From Leucoraja erinacea (lineage: Eukaryota), in the NCBI RefSeq assembly GCF_028641065.1, contig NC_073393.1:16244001-16308000 (forward strand): 64,000 nt of DNA, written 5' to 3'. The notes under the pieces were generated by a model, which saw nothing but the letters and a program-made list of their open reading frames with translations, ran no database searches and was not told the DNA's origin. The position numbers and the translations under genes were made by a program. Shown one piece after another: positions 24,985 through 37,817 of the stretch. Each line of letters starts with the position of its first letter. The first letter of the stretch is position 1.

Positions 24985-26812
24985 ATTCTGAATATTCAGG
25001 GTTATACGTCCTATAGAAAGGACAGGCAGATGGGAGGGGAAGGTGGGGTAGCTCTCTTGGTGAGGGATGAGATTTAGTCCCCTGCGAGGGGTGACATAGG
25101 GACTGATGATGTCGATTTGCTGTGGATAGGAGTTATCTACTGACCCCCAAACAGTAGCCTGGAGATAGATACGTGCAAGTTGCAGCAGGAGTTAAAATTG
25201 GCCACTGTGGTTATGGGAGATTTCAATATGCAGGCGGACTGGGAAAATCAGGTTGGTTCTGGATCCCAAGAAAGGGAGTTTGTAGAGTGCCTCCAAAATG
25301 GATTCTTAGAGCAGCTTGTACTGGAGCCTACCAGAGAGAAGGCAATTCTGGATTTAGTGTTGTTCAATGAACCAGATTTAATAAAGGACTTTAAGGTAAA
25401 GGAACCGCTAGGAGGCAGTGATCATAATATGATACGGTTTAATCTGCAATTTGAGAGGGAGAAGGTTAAATTAGAAGTGCCAGTGTTGCAGTTAAACAAT
25501 TGGGACTATGAAGGCATGAGAGAGGAGCTGTTCAAGGTCGACTGGGAAAGGGTCCTAGCAGGAATGACGGGAATGATAGGAATTTCTGGGCATAATCCAG
25601 AAGATGCAGGATCATTTCATTCCAAAGAGGAAGAAAGATTCTAAGGGGAGTAAGATGCAATCGTAGCTGACAAAGGAAGTTAGGGATGGAATAAAACTAA
25701 AGGAAAAGGTGTATAACATAGCAAAGAGTAGCAGGAAGCCAGAGAAATGGAACACGTTCAAAGGCCAACTGAAGGTAACAAAAAGGGCAAGACGGGGTAA
25801 AAGATGAAGTACGAGGGTAAACTGGCCAAGAATATAAAGAAGGATAGTAAAAGCTTAATTAGGTATGTTTAGATAAATAGATTAGTAAAGACAAATGTGG
25901 GTCCCTTAAAGGCTGAAACAGGTGAAATTATTATGGGGAACAAATAATAATTTGTTCCCCATAACAGAAGAGTTGAACAGGCACTTTAGTTCTGGCTTCA
26001 CTAAGATCCCACACAGGAGATGAGTGGGCAAAATTAGAGCTCATGGTATTGGGGGTAGGATATTGACATGGATAGAGAATTGGTTGGCAGACAGGAAACA
26101 AAGAGCAGGAATAAACAGGTCCCTGTCACATTAACAGGTAGTGGCGAGTGGAGTGCCGCAACTATTTACAATACATATTCATGATTTAGATGATGGGATT
26201 AAAAGTTACACTAGCAAATTTGCAGATGACACAAAGCTGGGCGGCAATGTGAACTGCGAAAAGGATGCTAGGAGGTTGCAGGGTGACTTTTGAGTGAGGT
26301 GGTAAAGGATTTATTCGAGTAAAGAGGTCATTCTGCAGTTGTACAGGGCACTGGTGAGACCACATCTGGAGTATTGTGTGCCAGTTTGTTCTCCTAATTT
26401 GAGGAATGACATCCTTGCTATTGAGGTAGGTTCACAAGGTTAATCCCTGGGATGGCGGGATTCATTTGTTGAAAGATTGGGAAGACTGGGCTTGTATTCG
26501 CTGGACTTTAGAAGGATGAGAGAGGACCTTATAGGAACGTATACAATTATAACAGGACTGGACAAGCTTGATGCAGGAAATATGTTCCCAATGTTGAGGG
26601 AGTCCAGAACCAGGGGCCACAGTCTAAGAATAAAGGAGAGGCCATTTAAAACTGAGATGAGAAAAACATTTTCACCCAGAGTTGTGTATTTGTGGAATTC
26701 TGTGCCACAGAAGGCACTAGAGGTCAATTCACTGGATGAATTTAAAACTTGAAGTGCCAAATGGCCTCCTCCTGCACCTACTTTCTATGTTTCTATATTT
26801 CTATGTTTCTAT
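24985..26812 (+). mobile_element. Internally deleted CR1 (paralogous copy at ~56120-57985)
   Basis: VVMGDFNM...LGGSDHN endonuclease motifs, RT C-terminus and (tttctatg)n tail. Confidence 0.9.
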
Positions 26813-27169
26813 GATCCTACGAAACAGAAGGAAAATCTTCGATTCTAGGCCTGTTCACATAAATCCAATTATTTCCTTTATTTTTGTACCACTTTTCCTT
26901 CCTGTGGTGATTAACTCCATTGCGATTCTCCCGTGATGTCCCACAGTGCAATTTTACAGGAAACAATTTACCTTCCAGTCAGGTCGTCCTTAGGCTCGAT
27001 GGGAAGTAGACATATATTCGTAGGGAGAACATGCATTCTCCACATGGTCAGCATCTGAATGTGAATTTGTGAAAGAAAATCATTTTGCCATTGAGAGTAT
27101 TATTCAGGGTGTACAGGGTGTATTTAGCTAATATTGGACACTGTTTATTTTAACTTCCATGTAGTGTTC

Positions 27170-27997
27170 AGAGCAAGCAAACAAGTTTATTTATATAGCA
27201 AATTTCAGCAACAAGGCAATTCAAAGTGCTTTACACAAAGCATTAAAGAGCAATCAAAGTAATTAAAAAAACTTTCATTAAAAAGAATCGAAAATAAAAA
27301 CAAGCTAAAATAAAATAAGACAAGTATAAAATACAAGAATAAAAGTTACAGCACAGTGTAAGAAATGAATAATTATTTTATTTAATCAAAGGCAATGTCA
27401 AACAGAAAAGACTTCAGCCCCGATTTCAAAGAATTGAGAGATGGTGCTGACCTGCATTTTTCTGGAAGTTTGTTCCATATATGTGGTGCATAAAAACTAA
27501 ACGCTGCTTCTCCAAGTATAGTTCTGACTCTGGGGACAGAAAGCAGCCTGTCCCTGATGATCTCAGAGGTCTGGATGGTTCATAATGCAGCAGAAGATCA
27601 GCAATGCATTTTGGCCCAGAACATTCAATGATTTATAAAGCAACAGTAATATTTTGAAATCAATTCTTTGACAGTAAAGACCTCAAAACTGGAGTGATGT
27701 GATCCACTTTCTTGGTCTTAGAGAGCAGTGTTCTGAATCAGCTGCAGCTGTCTAATCGATTTTCTGGGGAGACCTGTGAAGACAGCATTACGGTAGTCAA
27801 GTCTACTGAAGATAGATGCATGGACAAGATTTTCCAAATCCTGCTGAACCATTGGTCCTTTAACCCTTGATATATTCTTAAGGTTATAGTAGGCTGACTT
27901 TGTAATTGTCTTAACGTGGCTGTTGAAATTCAGGTCTGAGTCCATGACTACACCAAGAGTTCTGGCTTTGTCCGTGATTTATAACATTGCCGGTTGA
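27170..27997 (-). mobile_element. L2-like LINE 3' remnant
   Basis: DSDLNFNSHV...KSAYYNLKNISR...LVHA.IFSRLDY motif. A longer copy lies at 58345-59990. Confidence 0.75.
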
Positions 27998-30842
27998 AGC
28001 CGCCATTCAATATGATCATGGCTGATCATCCAACTCAGTATCCCGTACCTGCCTTCTCTCCATACCCCCTGATCCCCTTAGCCACAAGGGCCACATCTAA
28101 CTCCCTCTTAAATATAGCCAATGAACTGGCCTCAACTACCCTCTGTGGCAGAGAGTTCCAGAGATTCACCACTCTCTGTGTGAAAAAAGTTCTTCTCATC
28201 TCGGTTTTAAAGGATTTCCCCTTTATCCTTAAGCTGTGACCCCTTGTCCTGGACTTCCTAACATCGGGAACAATCTTCCTGCATCTAGCCTGTCCAACCC
28301 CTTAAGAATTTTATAAGTTTCTATAAGATCCCCTCTCAATCTTCTAAATTCCAGAGAGTATAAACCAAGTCTATCCAGTCTTTCTTCATAAGACAGTCCT
28401 GACATCCCAGGAATCAGTCTGGTGAACCGTCTCTGCACTCCCTCTATGGCAATAATGTCCTTCCTCAGATTTGGAGACCAAAACTGTACGCAATACTCCA
28501 GGTGTGGTCTCACCAAGACCCTGTACAACTGCAGTAGAACCTCTCTGCTCCTATACTCAAATCCTTTTGCAATGAAAGCTAACATACCATTCGCTTTCTT
28601 TACTGCCTGCTGCACCTGCATGCCTACCTTCAATGACTGGTGTACCATGACACCCAGGTCTCGCTGCATCTCCCCCTTTCCCAATCGGCCACCATTTAGA
28701 TAATAGTCTGCTTTCCCGTTTTTGCCACCAAAATGGATAACCTCACATTTATCCACATTATACTGCATCTGCCAAACATTTGCCCACTCACCCAGCCTAT
28801 CCAAGTCACCCTGCAGTCTCCTAGCATCCTCCTCACAGCTAACACTGCCCCCCCAGCTTAGTGTCATCTGCAAACTTGGAGATATTGCCTTCAATTCCCT
28901 CATCCAGATCATTAATATATATCGTAAATAGCTGGGGTCCCAGTACTGAGCCTTGGGGTACCCCACTAGTCACTGCCTGCCATTGTGAAAAGGACCCGTT
29001 TACTCCTACTCTTTGCTTCCTGTTTGCCAGCCAGTTCTCTATCCACATCAATACTGAACCCCCAATGCCTTGTGCTTTAAGTTTGTATACTAATCTCTTA
29101 TGTGGGACCTTGTCGAAAGCCTTCTGGAAGTCCAGATACACCACATCCACTGGTTCTCCCCTATCCACGCTACTAGTTACATCCTCGACAAATTCTATAA
29201 GATTCATCAGACATGATTTACCTTTCGTAAATCCATGCTGACTTTGTCCTTCGTAATAAGGTGGATGAGTTGAATGTTTCGTAATAAGGTGGATGAGTTG
29301 AATGTGCAGATAGCTATTAATGACTATGATATAGTTGGGATCAGGGAGACATGGCTTCAGGGTGACCAAGGCTGGGAGCTGAACATCCAGGGATATTCAA
29401 TATTCAGGAGGGGTAGACAGAAAGGAAAAGGAGGTGGGGTAGCGTTACTGATTAGAGAGGGGATTAATGCAATGGAAAGGAAGGACATTAGTTTGGAGGA
29501 TGTGGAATCAGTATGGGTAGAGCTGCGAAACACTAAGGGGCAGAAAACGCTGGTGGGTGTTGTGTACAGGCCACCTAGCAGTAGTAGTGAAGTTGGAGAT
29601 GGTATCAAACAGGAAATTAGAAATGCGTGCGACAAAGGCAAAACGGTTATAATGGGTGACTTCAATCTACATATAGATTGGGTGAATCAAATTGGCAGGG
29701 GTGCTGAGGAAGAGGATTTCTTGGAATGTATGCGGGATAGTTATCTAAATCAACATGTAGAGGAACCAACGAGAGAGCAGGCTATTTTAGACTGGGTATT
29801 GAGTAATGAGGAAGGGTTAGTTAGCAATCTTGTTGTACGTGCCCCCTTGGGCAAGAGTGACCATAATATGGTTGAGTTCTTCATTAGGATGGAGAGTGAC
29901 ATTGTTAATTCAGAAACAATGGTTCTGAACTTAAAGAAAGGTAACTTTGAGAGTATGAGACGTGAATTGGCCAAGATTGACTGGCAATTAATTCTAAAAG
30001 GGTTGACGGTGGATATGCAATGGAAGACATTTAAAGACTGCATGGATGAACTACAAAAATTGTTCATCCCAGTTTGGCAAAAGAATAAATCAGGGAAGGT
30101 AGTACATCCATGGATAACAAGGGAAATCAGGGATAGTATCAAAGCGAAGGATGATGCGTACAAATTAGCCAGAAAAAGCAGCATACCGGAGGACTGGGAG
30201 AAATTCAAAGACCACCAGAGGAGGACAAAGGGCTTAATTAGGAAAGGAAAAATAGATTATGAAAGAAAACTGGCAGGGAACATAAAAACTGACTGCAAAA
30301 GTTTTTATAGATATGTGAAAAGAAAGAGATTAGTTAAAACAAGTGTAGGTCCCTTGCAGTCAGAAACAGGTGAGTTGATCATGGGGAACAAGGATATGGC
30401 GGACCAATTGAATAACTACTTTGGTTCCGTCTTCACTAAGGAAGCCATAAATAATTTGCCGGAAATAGCAGGGGACCGCGGGTCAAAGGAGTTGGAGGAA
30501 TTGAGTGAAATCCAGGTTAGCCGGGAAGTGGTGTTGGGTAAATTGAATGGATTAAAGGCCGATAAATCCCCAGGGCCAGATAGGCTGCATCCCAGAGTAC
30601 TTAAGGAAGTAGCTCCAGAAATAGTGGATGCATTAGTAATAATCTTTCAAAACTCTTTAGATTCTGGAGTAGTTTCTGAAGATTGGCGGGTAGCAAACAT
30701 AACCCCACTTTTTAAGAAGGGAGAGAGAGAGAAAATGGGGAATTACAGACCAGTTAGTCTAACATCGGTAGTGGGGAAACTGCTAGAGTCAGTTATTAAA
30801 GATGGGATAGCAGCACATTTGGAAAGTGGTGAAATCATTGGA
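27998..30842. mobile_element. Young CR1 with 5' inversion: 5' part on plus (29250-30842), 3' part on minus (29249-27998)
   Basis: The plus ORF ends at ...ESGEIIG and the minus ORF resumes GQSQHGF. Over 500 codons are uninterrupted. The element is absent from the paralogous block. Confidence 0.9.
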
Positions 30843-31007
30843 CTTCGAAATCTTAGTGTACACGTGTCCACGTGTATTCCAGACAGGAACAACACATTAT
30901 GCATTAATGTATCTGAATTAAATAAGAATAATGTAGGAAAGTGGCACTGATTATTCGGGATTATGCTGGTTGCCAGAGCAGTGAACCCAACCAAATGATC
31001 TACTGTC

Positions 31008-31345
31008 AGGAAACATGTTCCCGATGTTGGAGGAGTCCAGAACCAGGGGCCACAGTTTAAGAATAAGGAGTAAGCCATTTAGAATGGAGACGAGGAAACA
31101 CTTTTTCTCCCAGAGAGTGGTGAGCCTGTGGAATTCTCTGCCTCAGAGGGCGGTGGAGGCAGGTTCTCTGGATGCTTTCAAGAGAGAGCTAGATAGGGCT
31201 CTTAAGAATAGCGGAGTCAGGGGATATGGGAAGAAGGCAGGAACGGGGTACTGATTGGGGATGATTAGCCATGATCACATTGAATGGCGGTGCTGGCTCG
31301 AAGGGCCGAATGGCCTACTCCTGCACCTATTGTCTATTGTCTACT
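31008..31345 (+). mobile_element. CR1 3' end (copy at ~60202-60540)
   Basis: FPMLEESRTRGHSLRI...WNSLP and (ctattgt)n tail. Confidence 0.9.
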
Positions 31346-32316
31346 TTTACTGTGTTGAAAATGGTGGAGCTGGAGTCCAATGAATACTGGAGCAAGACAT
31401 TCTAGCGAATTTCATGGAAAAGCCTTTTAGAAGTACCGGCAGGTTTGTTTTTCATACTGGCAAGGGTGTTTTTATTCCAGGTAAATGTATTAATTTGATC
31501 GTTGCATTCTGGTTGGGCGGAAATGGGATATCCGGGAATTTCATGACACGGATTCAAATTATTGTGCGGCAGCGGTTTTCTCGTTAATTAACTATATTTT
31601 CGCTATTTTCCTACAATGATTAGGTTCCTGAAAGTGCTTGAAAACTAATGATCCTACCTTGACAGCAGAACACTGTGGACAACAATGGTCGTAGTATAAA
31701 TGCGTTAAAAAAAATATTCTGCCAGAATAGATTTCAAAAGAAATTGATCAAACTCTCGACAAAATGTTGTGATGGTTGTTGTGAAAAATTAAGTGTCTAT
31801 AGTCTTTGGTATGCTGAAAACTGTCTGTATTTAGGTCAGAATGAAATGAGACAGAACAATATAGGGCCTAAATCCCTCGCCTCATAGTTTTTCTTTCGGA
31901 AATAACAAATACATTGAAAATGACCATGCGATCAGACGTAACCATAAAACGTCTATTTTAGTTATGTAACGGATAATAATAATGTAATTCAAAGTATTTG
32001 GAAAGTTACTTTATCAGTTTAACACAACACATATTACAAAATATGCATTAATTTTCATAGCAAGGCATCAATATTTAATCATTAATCCCACAAGTAACTC
32101 ACAATCAATAATGTAGACGTGAGTACGTCGACCGGTACTGAACATATTATTTTTCCAGAATTTCAGTGCCTATATCTAATTCGTCTGTCGGATGAAATGC
32201 AAATTATGAATGTTTAAGTTTTGTAGGCTACTGTGTAGGCACATCTTACAATTACAATAATCTTGGGTAACCATACAGTATTCGCTGGAAGGCTGGGGCT
32301 TCAATGGTGGCCAGGT

Positions 32317-32392
32317 TCATTGGGTGGCGCTTGGTTGATCCTGCTTGAGGTTTCCAACACTCTCTATTTGATGGCTTTTTCTTACATGGACC
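32317..32392 (-). CDS. Gene 2 terminal exon ([24 protein letters not shown])
   Basis: Long polypyrimidine acceptor ttttctccaccctctcttgtttgtgcag|. A phase-2 join to the TM exon gives 24 codons then TGA. Identical in copy 3. Confidence 0.65.
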
Positions 32393-33577
32393 CTGCACAA
32401 ACAAGAGAGGGTGGAGAAAACCTTGCTAACTATCGGCACAATTTAATTATGCAAACATTTGTTCTATAGAAGATAGTTTAAGGATACTTTCTCAGGCGGA
32501 TTAAATATATTCAACAGTTATAAATAACATCACATTTATAAATGGGTACAATTTCAGTAAAGACAAAAGTTTACTTTTATCCCATTTACTCCAAAGGGAT
32601 TGAAAACCATAAGTATTTTAAGTTTAAAAAAGAGTGAGTGGACTCATCGCATGAAGTAAAATTTGTAGAGACTGAAGTTATCATTTTTCATTGCTGGTTG
32701 AAAACCCGGATTGAGAGGGAGCAAGAGGGGGGGGGGGGGGGGGGGGATCGGGGTCTGGCTGAACCTGAATTTCTTTCAAGTTTTATTTTATTTATGCCGT
32801 TTTTTTATCTCTGCATTTTAGGTGTAAATGCAATTGAGGAACATAGAAACAATTGATAAGGATTTTGCATGTAATTTTGCACTATTTTCGCCTATTCTTC
32901 GGGAAATAATTTCAAATTGAAAGTGAAAAGACCGCGGATATTCGCATCTTCTCCTGGAAAATATGCATCTTGGAATGACTTGCCTGTTTCATCAGTCTGG
33001 ATGCAGACTTTAGAGAAACATGAAACTTTACTCTTTGCATTTGATAAAATATCTGCGCTTCAACACTCTTCAATATTGAATATTACCGGCGAAGAATGAT
33101 TGAAGACAAAAGTTGCACGAGAGGGAGCGTGATCGTACCGGCTCTTGGATTCCTTGCCAGCTCATTGGCTTTAACCAGAATAAACAACTTGAGCATTCAC
33201 CGATGCTTATAGTTAATGTACTTGCAACCAGTTCCTCTTACTGTCAACGCTGTGTATAATTCTTCATGCTAAGTTGCCAAGAATATATTGGCATTTCAAA
33301 GAATTTACATCACAGTCCAAGTCCTTCAGATTTAAATTATAATTATATTTATGATCCTCTGCGCCATACACAAACTTTCGCAAATATCTTTCCTAATTCC
33401 ATGAAATATTGTACAAACATATTTTTTCCATATATAACGTACCTTTTATCAAACAGCAACTGACAGTGCGTTCCAATAACGGCACCAATCAGGATCAGGA
33501 GCACCAGAAAGCCCAGAGCAGGTCTAATGTGGAAGGCGTAAGCATTACCTGCAGAAATAATAGGAGCAAATTAATTC

Positions 33578-33617
<40 letters not shown>

Positions 33618-36600
33618 TTGGTGAAATTTGTGCTAATTATTTCTGAGTATAGAAACGATGTCTGCTTGGGAATGCATTCTGCGGAGATTATTCTTCGCCG
33701 GAGTGAACGGGGAGATTCATAGAGAAGGGCGGAATAGCGGAATAAATGTGTGCGTGCCGGGATGGGGGAAGGGCACAGGAAAGAAATACGGGGAAGGGAG
33801 AGTGTTACATAATTGGAAAACTGGTGAATTTAATGTTCCCACCATTGCTTATAATATTGATAGCTAAATTCGATATCTAAATTAACAATCACCAGATGCA
33901 CTTGTAAATCCATATATTTCATGGTTAAATGTAAAGGGAAAGTATACGGTTAATGGCCCTTTACAATATTGATCCGCAGAGGAATGTTGAGGTCGTGATC
34001 AATAGCTTCCTGAAAGTGACAACACCAGTAGAAAGAGTGGTAAAGAAGGCGTGTGGCGTGTTTGCCTTCATTGGCCGCGGCATTGAACCGTCAGGGAGTC
34101 ATGATACGGCTCCCTGGCGCTTTAGCTAGAAAGCATTTGTAATAATACGTGCAGTTATTGCCGCCTCATTACAGGAAGGATGTGAAGAAGTTTACAAAAG
34201 GTTGCCTGAATTAAGGGGCATTTGCTGCAAGGGGGGATTGAACAAACATGTGGAAGATTGAAGGGAGACCTGATAGAAGTATACACAATTATGAGAGACA
34301 TAGATAGTGTAGCCAGTCAGAATCTTTTTGCAAGGATAGCAATATCAAAGAATAGGGGCATAGTATTAAGTTGACAGGGGCAACGATTATAGGAGACTAC
34401 ACCAGGCCCGTTCCCCAAGGCAAAATCCCGCCACTGACCCATATCCCCCAACTGCGCAGGAGTGGCTGAGGGGTTCCCGTTGTGACGCCAGGGATCCCCG
34501 TTATGACTCGATTCATGGCAACCCTCCCCCAACTGCGCCTCGCCATCCCTCATCCTACCCCGCCCTATCCTCCTCTATTCCCCCTCTTGCCCCAGCATTC
34601 CCTCCTCCTCCTCCTCTACATCCTTCCTCTTCTTTCCCCTCCTCCTCCCCTCCCCACTCCCTCCATCACCTCTCCCTCCCACTCCTTTCCCCTACCCACA
34701 GCCACTCCCTCCCTCCATAACCCCTCTCCCCTTCCTAGCCCCCTTCTCTCCCTGAATCCTCCTAATTGAAGACATTCCCCCTATTCTGTCAATTTACTAA
34801 ATGATACCGTGTCCGTTGGCGACGGTATTGACGCCTCAATTGAAGCCTCTCTTCTTTTAGAATTCCGTACTTGAATTTGTCACGGTGGCAGTGGGAGTGG
34901 ATGCCGCACCGAGGAATTTCGGGAGCAGGGGAGGTTGGATTTTAGCGAAGGTGATCACGGCGAAGCAAAGGATTCGGCATCAGGATAAAAACCGAGGAAG
35001 CGTGAGTGAAAACCTAAGCGCCTGAAATCAGTTGTGCCGCCAAGTGTGGAATCAACGGTGCGCAAAATTGGGAAACATTTTTGAAAGCAACATGAAAGAA
35101 ACATCAACACTACCCAGTAGAGAGGCAACATGTTTAAATTTGTTTTTCTATTTTGGAGGGCAAATAAGACATTTTCATTTTAAACGAATGTACAACGAAT
35201 TGATAACAGGTTTGTTGCATCCGGTCGTTTTATTTTAAATGAAAAAGAACTGCAACTTTCAATTGAACTAAGGTGAATTTTCCTCGCGGCCTGGAACAAA
35301 TAGAAATAGTCGTTTATTTTTACGAACTGAACAGGGGATGGATTTGGTGGCATTGTACCTTGGTTACATTCGCAACCAGCGATGACAGCCTGGGCTGAAG
35401 TATTGAGGGAGACATGAGTTATTAAACAGGTATATTTGTTATCGCTCTGAAATGGCGGCCTCGCGATCAAAGAGCTGGAAACCATATACAATCCTTCGTC
35501 GTTCTTCTTTGTTTCGATCTTTATTTCCGATGTTGTTTCGTTCCCATTTTTATACCAATTAAGCGTGAAATTCTCGGGATAGAATGCGGCTGTTTCACAC
35601 ACATGAATACAACTCGCGGCTGGATTCTTTTCACGAGTCTTGGTGAAAAATTTCAGTGGAGTTGGAACTGCTGCGGAACAGAACATGAACAAAATTAAAT
35701 CACATTACGCAGTTGAAGGGTTGCTATTATTAACCTCGAGTGCGTTGTAATAATGACGCATTGGAAAATGTATTTGATATTACTTAGACTACGTGCTCAT
35801 GCCTGGTCCAAATGGCTCTTTCAGGTCGGTGTTTCACGAGTCTTGCCGATTCAGCGATAATGTAGGTTTATCTTCTAAGAGTTTGAATAATAAATCAAAT
35901 ACAACTCGACATATGTTACCACGATGGGATTCTCTGAGTTTTTTACTCAAAGATAACGACGAGTATTCTGGGGGCGAGTACTCAAGTCCTGTGCTACGCA
36001 GCTAGCTCCAGTGCTCACTACATTATCCAACCTCTCCCTGGACAAGTCCGTGGTCCCTGCCTGCTTCAAAAAATCCAACATTGTACCGGTACCAAAAAAT
36101 GCCTCCCCAGCCTGTCTGAATGACTACCGTCCGGTGGCCCTTACCTCGGTAGTCATGAAATGCTTTGAGAGGCTGGTGAAGAAACACATCTGCGCCTTCC
36201 TCCCTCGGAACATGGACCCGTTACAGTTCGCATACCGTCCGAACAGGTCCACTGACGATGCGGTCTCCCAGGTCTTGCACACCGCTCTCTCCCATCTAGC
36301 CAGAAGGGGGGCTACGTGAGGATGCTGTTCATAGACTACAGTTCAGCCTTCAACACGATAGTCCCCACCAGACTGGCTGGGAAGCTAATGGAATTGGGGC
36401 TCAACACCTCCCTGTGTGCCTGGGGCCTGGACTTTCTCACCGCCAGGCCCCAGGTAGTCAAGATGGGAGGGAATACATCGAAGTCCCTCACCCTGAGCAC
36501 AGGATCACCCCAGGGTTGCGTCCTCAGCCCCCTATTGTACTCCCTGTACACACATGACTGTGTGGCTAGGTTCAGCTCCAACTCAATAATTAAGTTTGCT

Positions 36601-37746
36601 GATGACACTGTGGTGGTGGGCCTGATCTCAGACAACGACGAGAAGGCCTACCGGGAGGAGGTGGCTGGTCTAGCACTCTGGTGCCAGGATAACAGCCTCC
36701 TCTTGAACATCAAAAAAACGAAAGAGCTGATCATGGACTTTAGGAGGGCACATCATCCGAGGACGTACACTCCATTGAGGATAAATGGGGATCCTGTGGA
36801 TAGGGTGAACTGTTTTAAATATCTGGGAGTCCACATCTCCGAGAATATATGACATGGGCATCACACGCATCAGCACTCGTGTGTAAGGCAAGGCAGCGCC
36901 TTTACCACCTCAGGCAATTGAGGAAATTCAGAGTGTCTCCGAGGATCCTCCAGTGCTTCTACGCAGCGGCGGTGGAAAGCATCTTGTCCGGGAACATTAC
37001 CATCTGGTTTGGGAATTGCTCTGCCAAGGACAAGAAGGCTCTGCAGAGAGTAGTGCGTTCAGCCGAACGCACTATGGGAACTTCACTTGCCCCCCTGCAG
37101 GAACTGTACATCAGGAGGTGCAACTCCAGAGCCAACAATATCATGAGAGACCCCTTCCACCCCTGCAACGGACTGTTCCAGCTGCTATGGTCAGGCAAAC
37201 GCCTCCGTTGCCATGCGGTGAGAACAGAGAGGTTGAGAAGGAGTTTCTTCCCAGAGGCCATTCGGTCTGTAAACGCCTATCTCACCAGGGACTAACTCTA
37301 CAGAACGTTTTTCTTTCCATTATTTATTATGTAAAAGAATATGTGTTATGATTGTGTTTATAGTTTGTTTGGTTGTTGTCTTTTGCATAAAAGTCCACGA
37401 GCATTGCCACTTTCATTTCACTGCACATCTCGTATGTGTATGTGACAAAGAAACTTGACTTGACTTGACTTTAATGATCAAGTGAGAAAGCAAGTCGGTT
37501 TTGCAGAAGAAGCAGAGCAGGGGCACAGAAAATGGTGAGGAAAATATGTTGTTTTACCAACACATTACATCCTGCGAACTATATCAACTCTTTCAGGCGT
37601 ACCTTCATAGGCGAGAATATACAATATAAATGGTAGTATCTTATGTAAGAACTTTACCAAACGCGTAAATCAACATTTAGAGTATTCGCAGCAGTTCTGG
37701 ATTCAACATTGGACGAATGTTGTGATTGTCCCATCATGGTTGACCT

Positions 37747-37817
<71 letters not shown>

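Noticed and set aside
29274-30950. The longest ORF (558 aa) as a host gene
   Set aside because: It is the CR1 ORF2 endonuclease and tether region, reading through into flanking DNA.
32984-33007. 24-nt GC-donor exon between the gene 2 TM and terminal exons
   Set aside because: The donor is non-canonical and further weakened in copy 3. Inclusion would stop translation after SLHPD, and the direct join is already in frame.
37746-37816. Long poly-G tracts (also ~3174-3221, 17728-17766, 32726, 61907) and the poly-Pro/Gly ORFs they produce
   Set aside because: Homopolymer lengths differ between paralogous copies and are unreliable in assemblies. There is no coding evidence.
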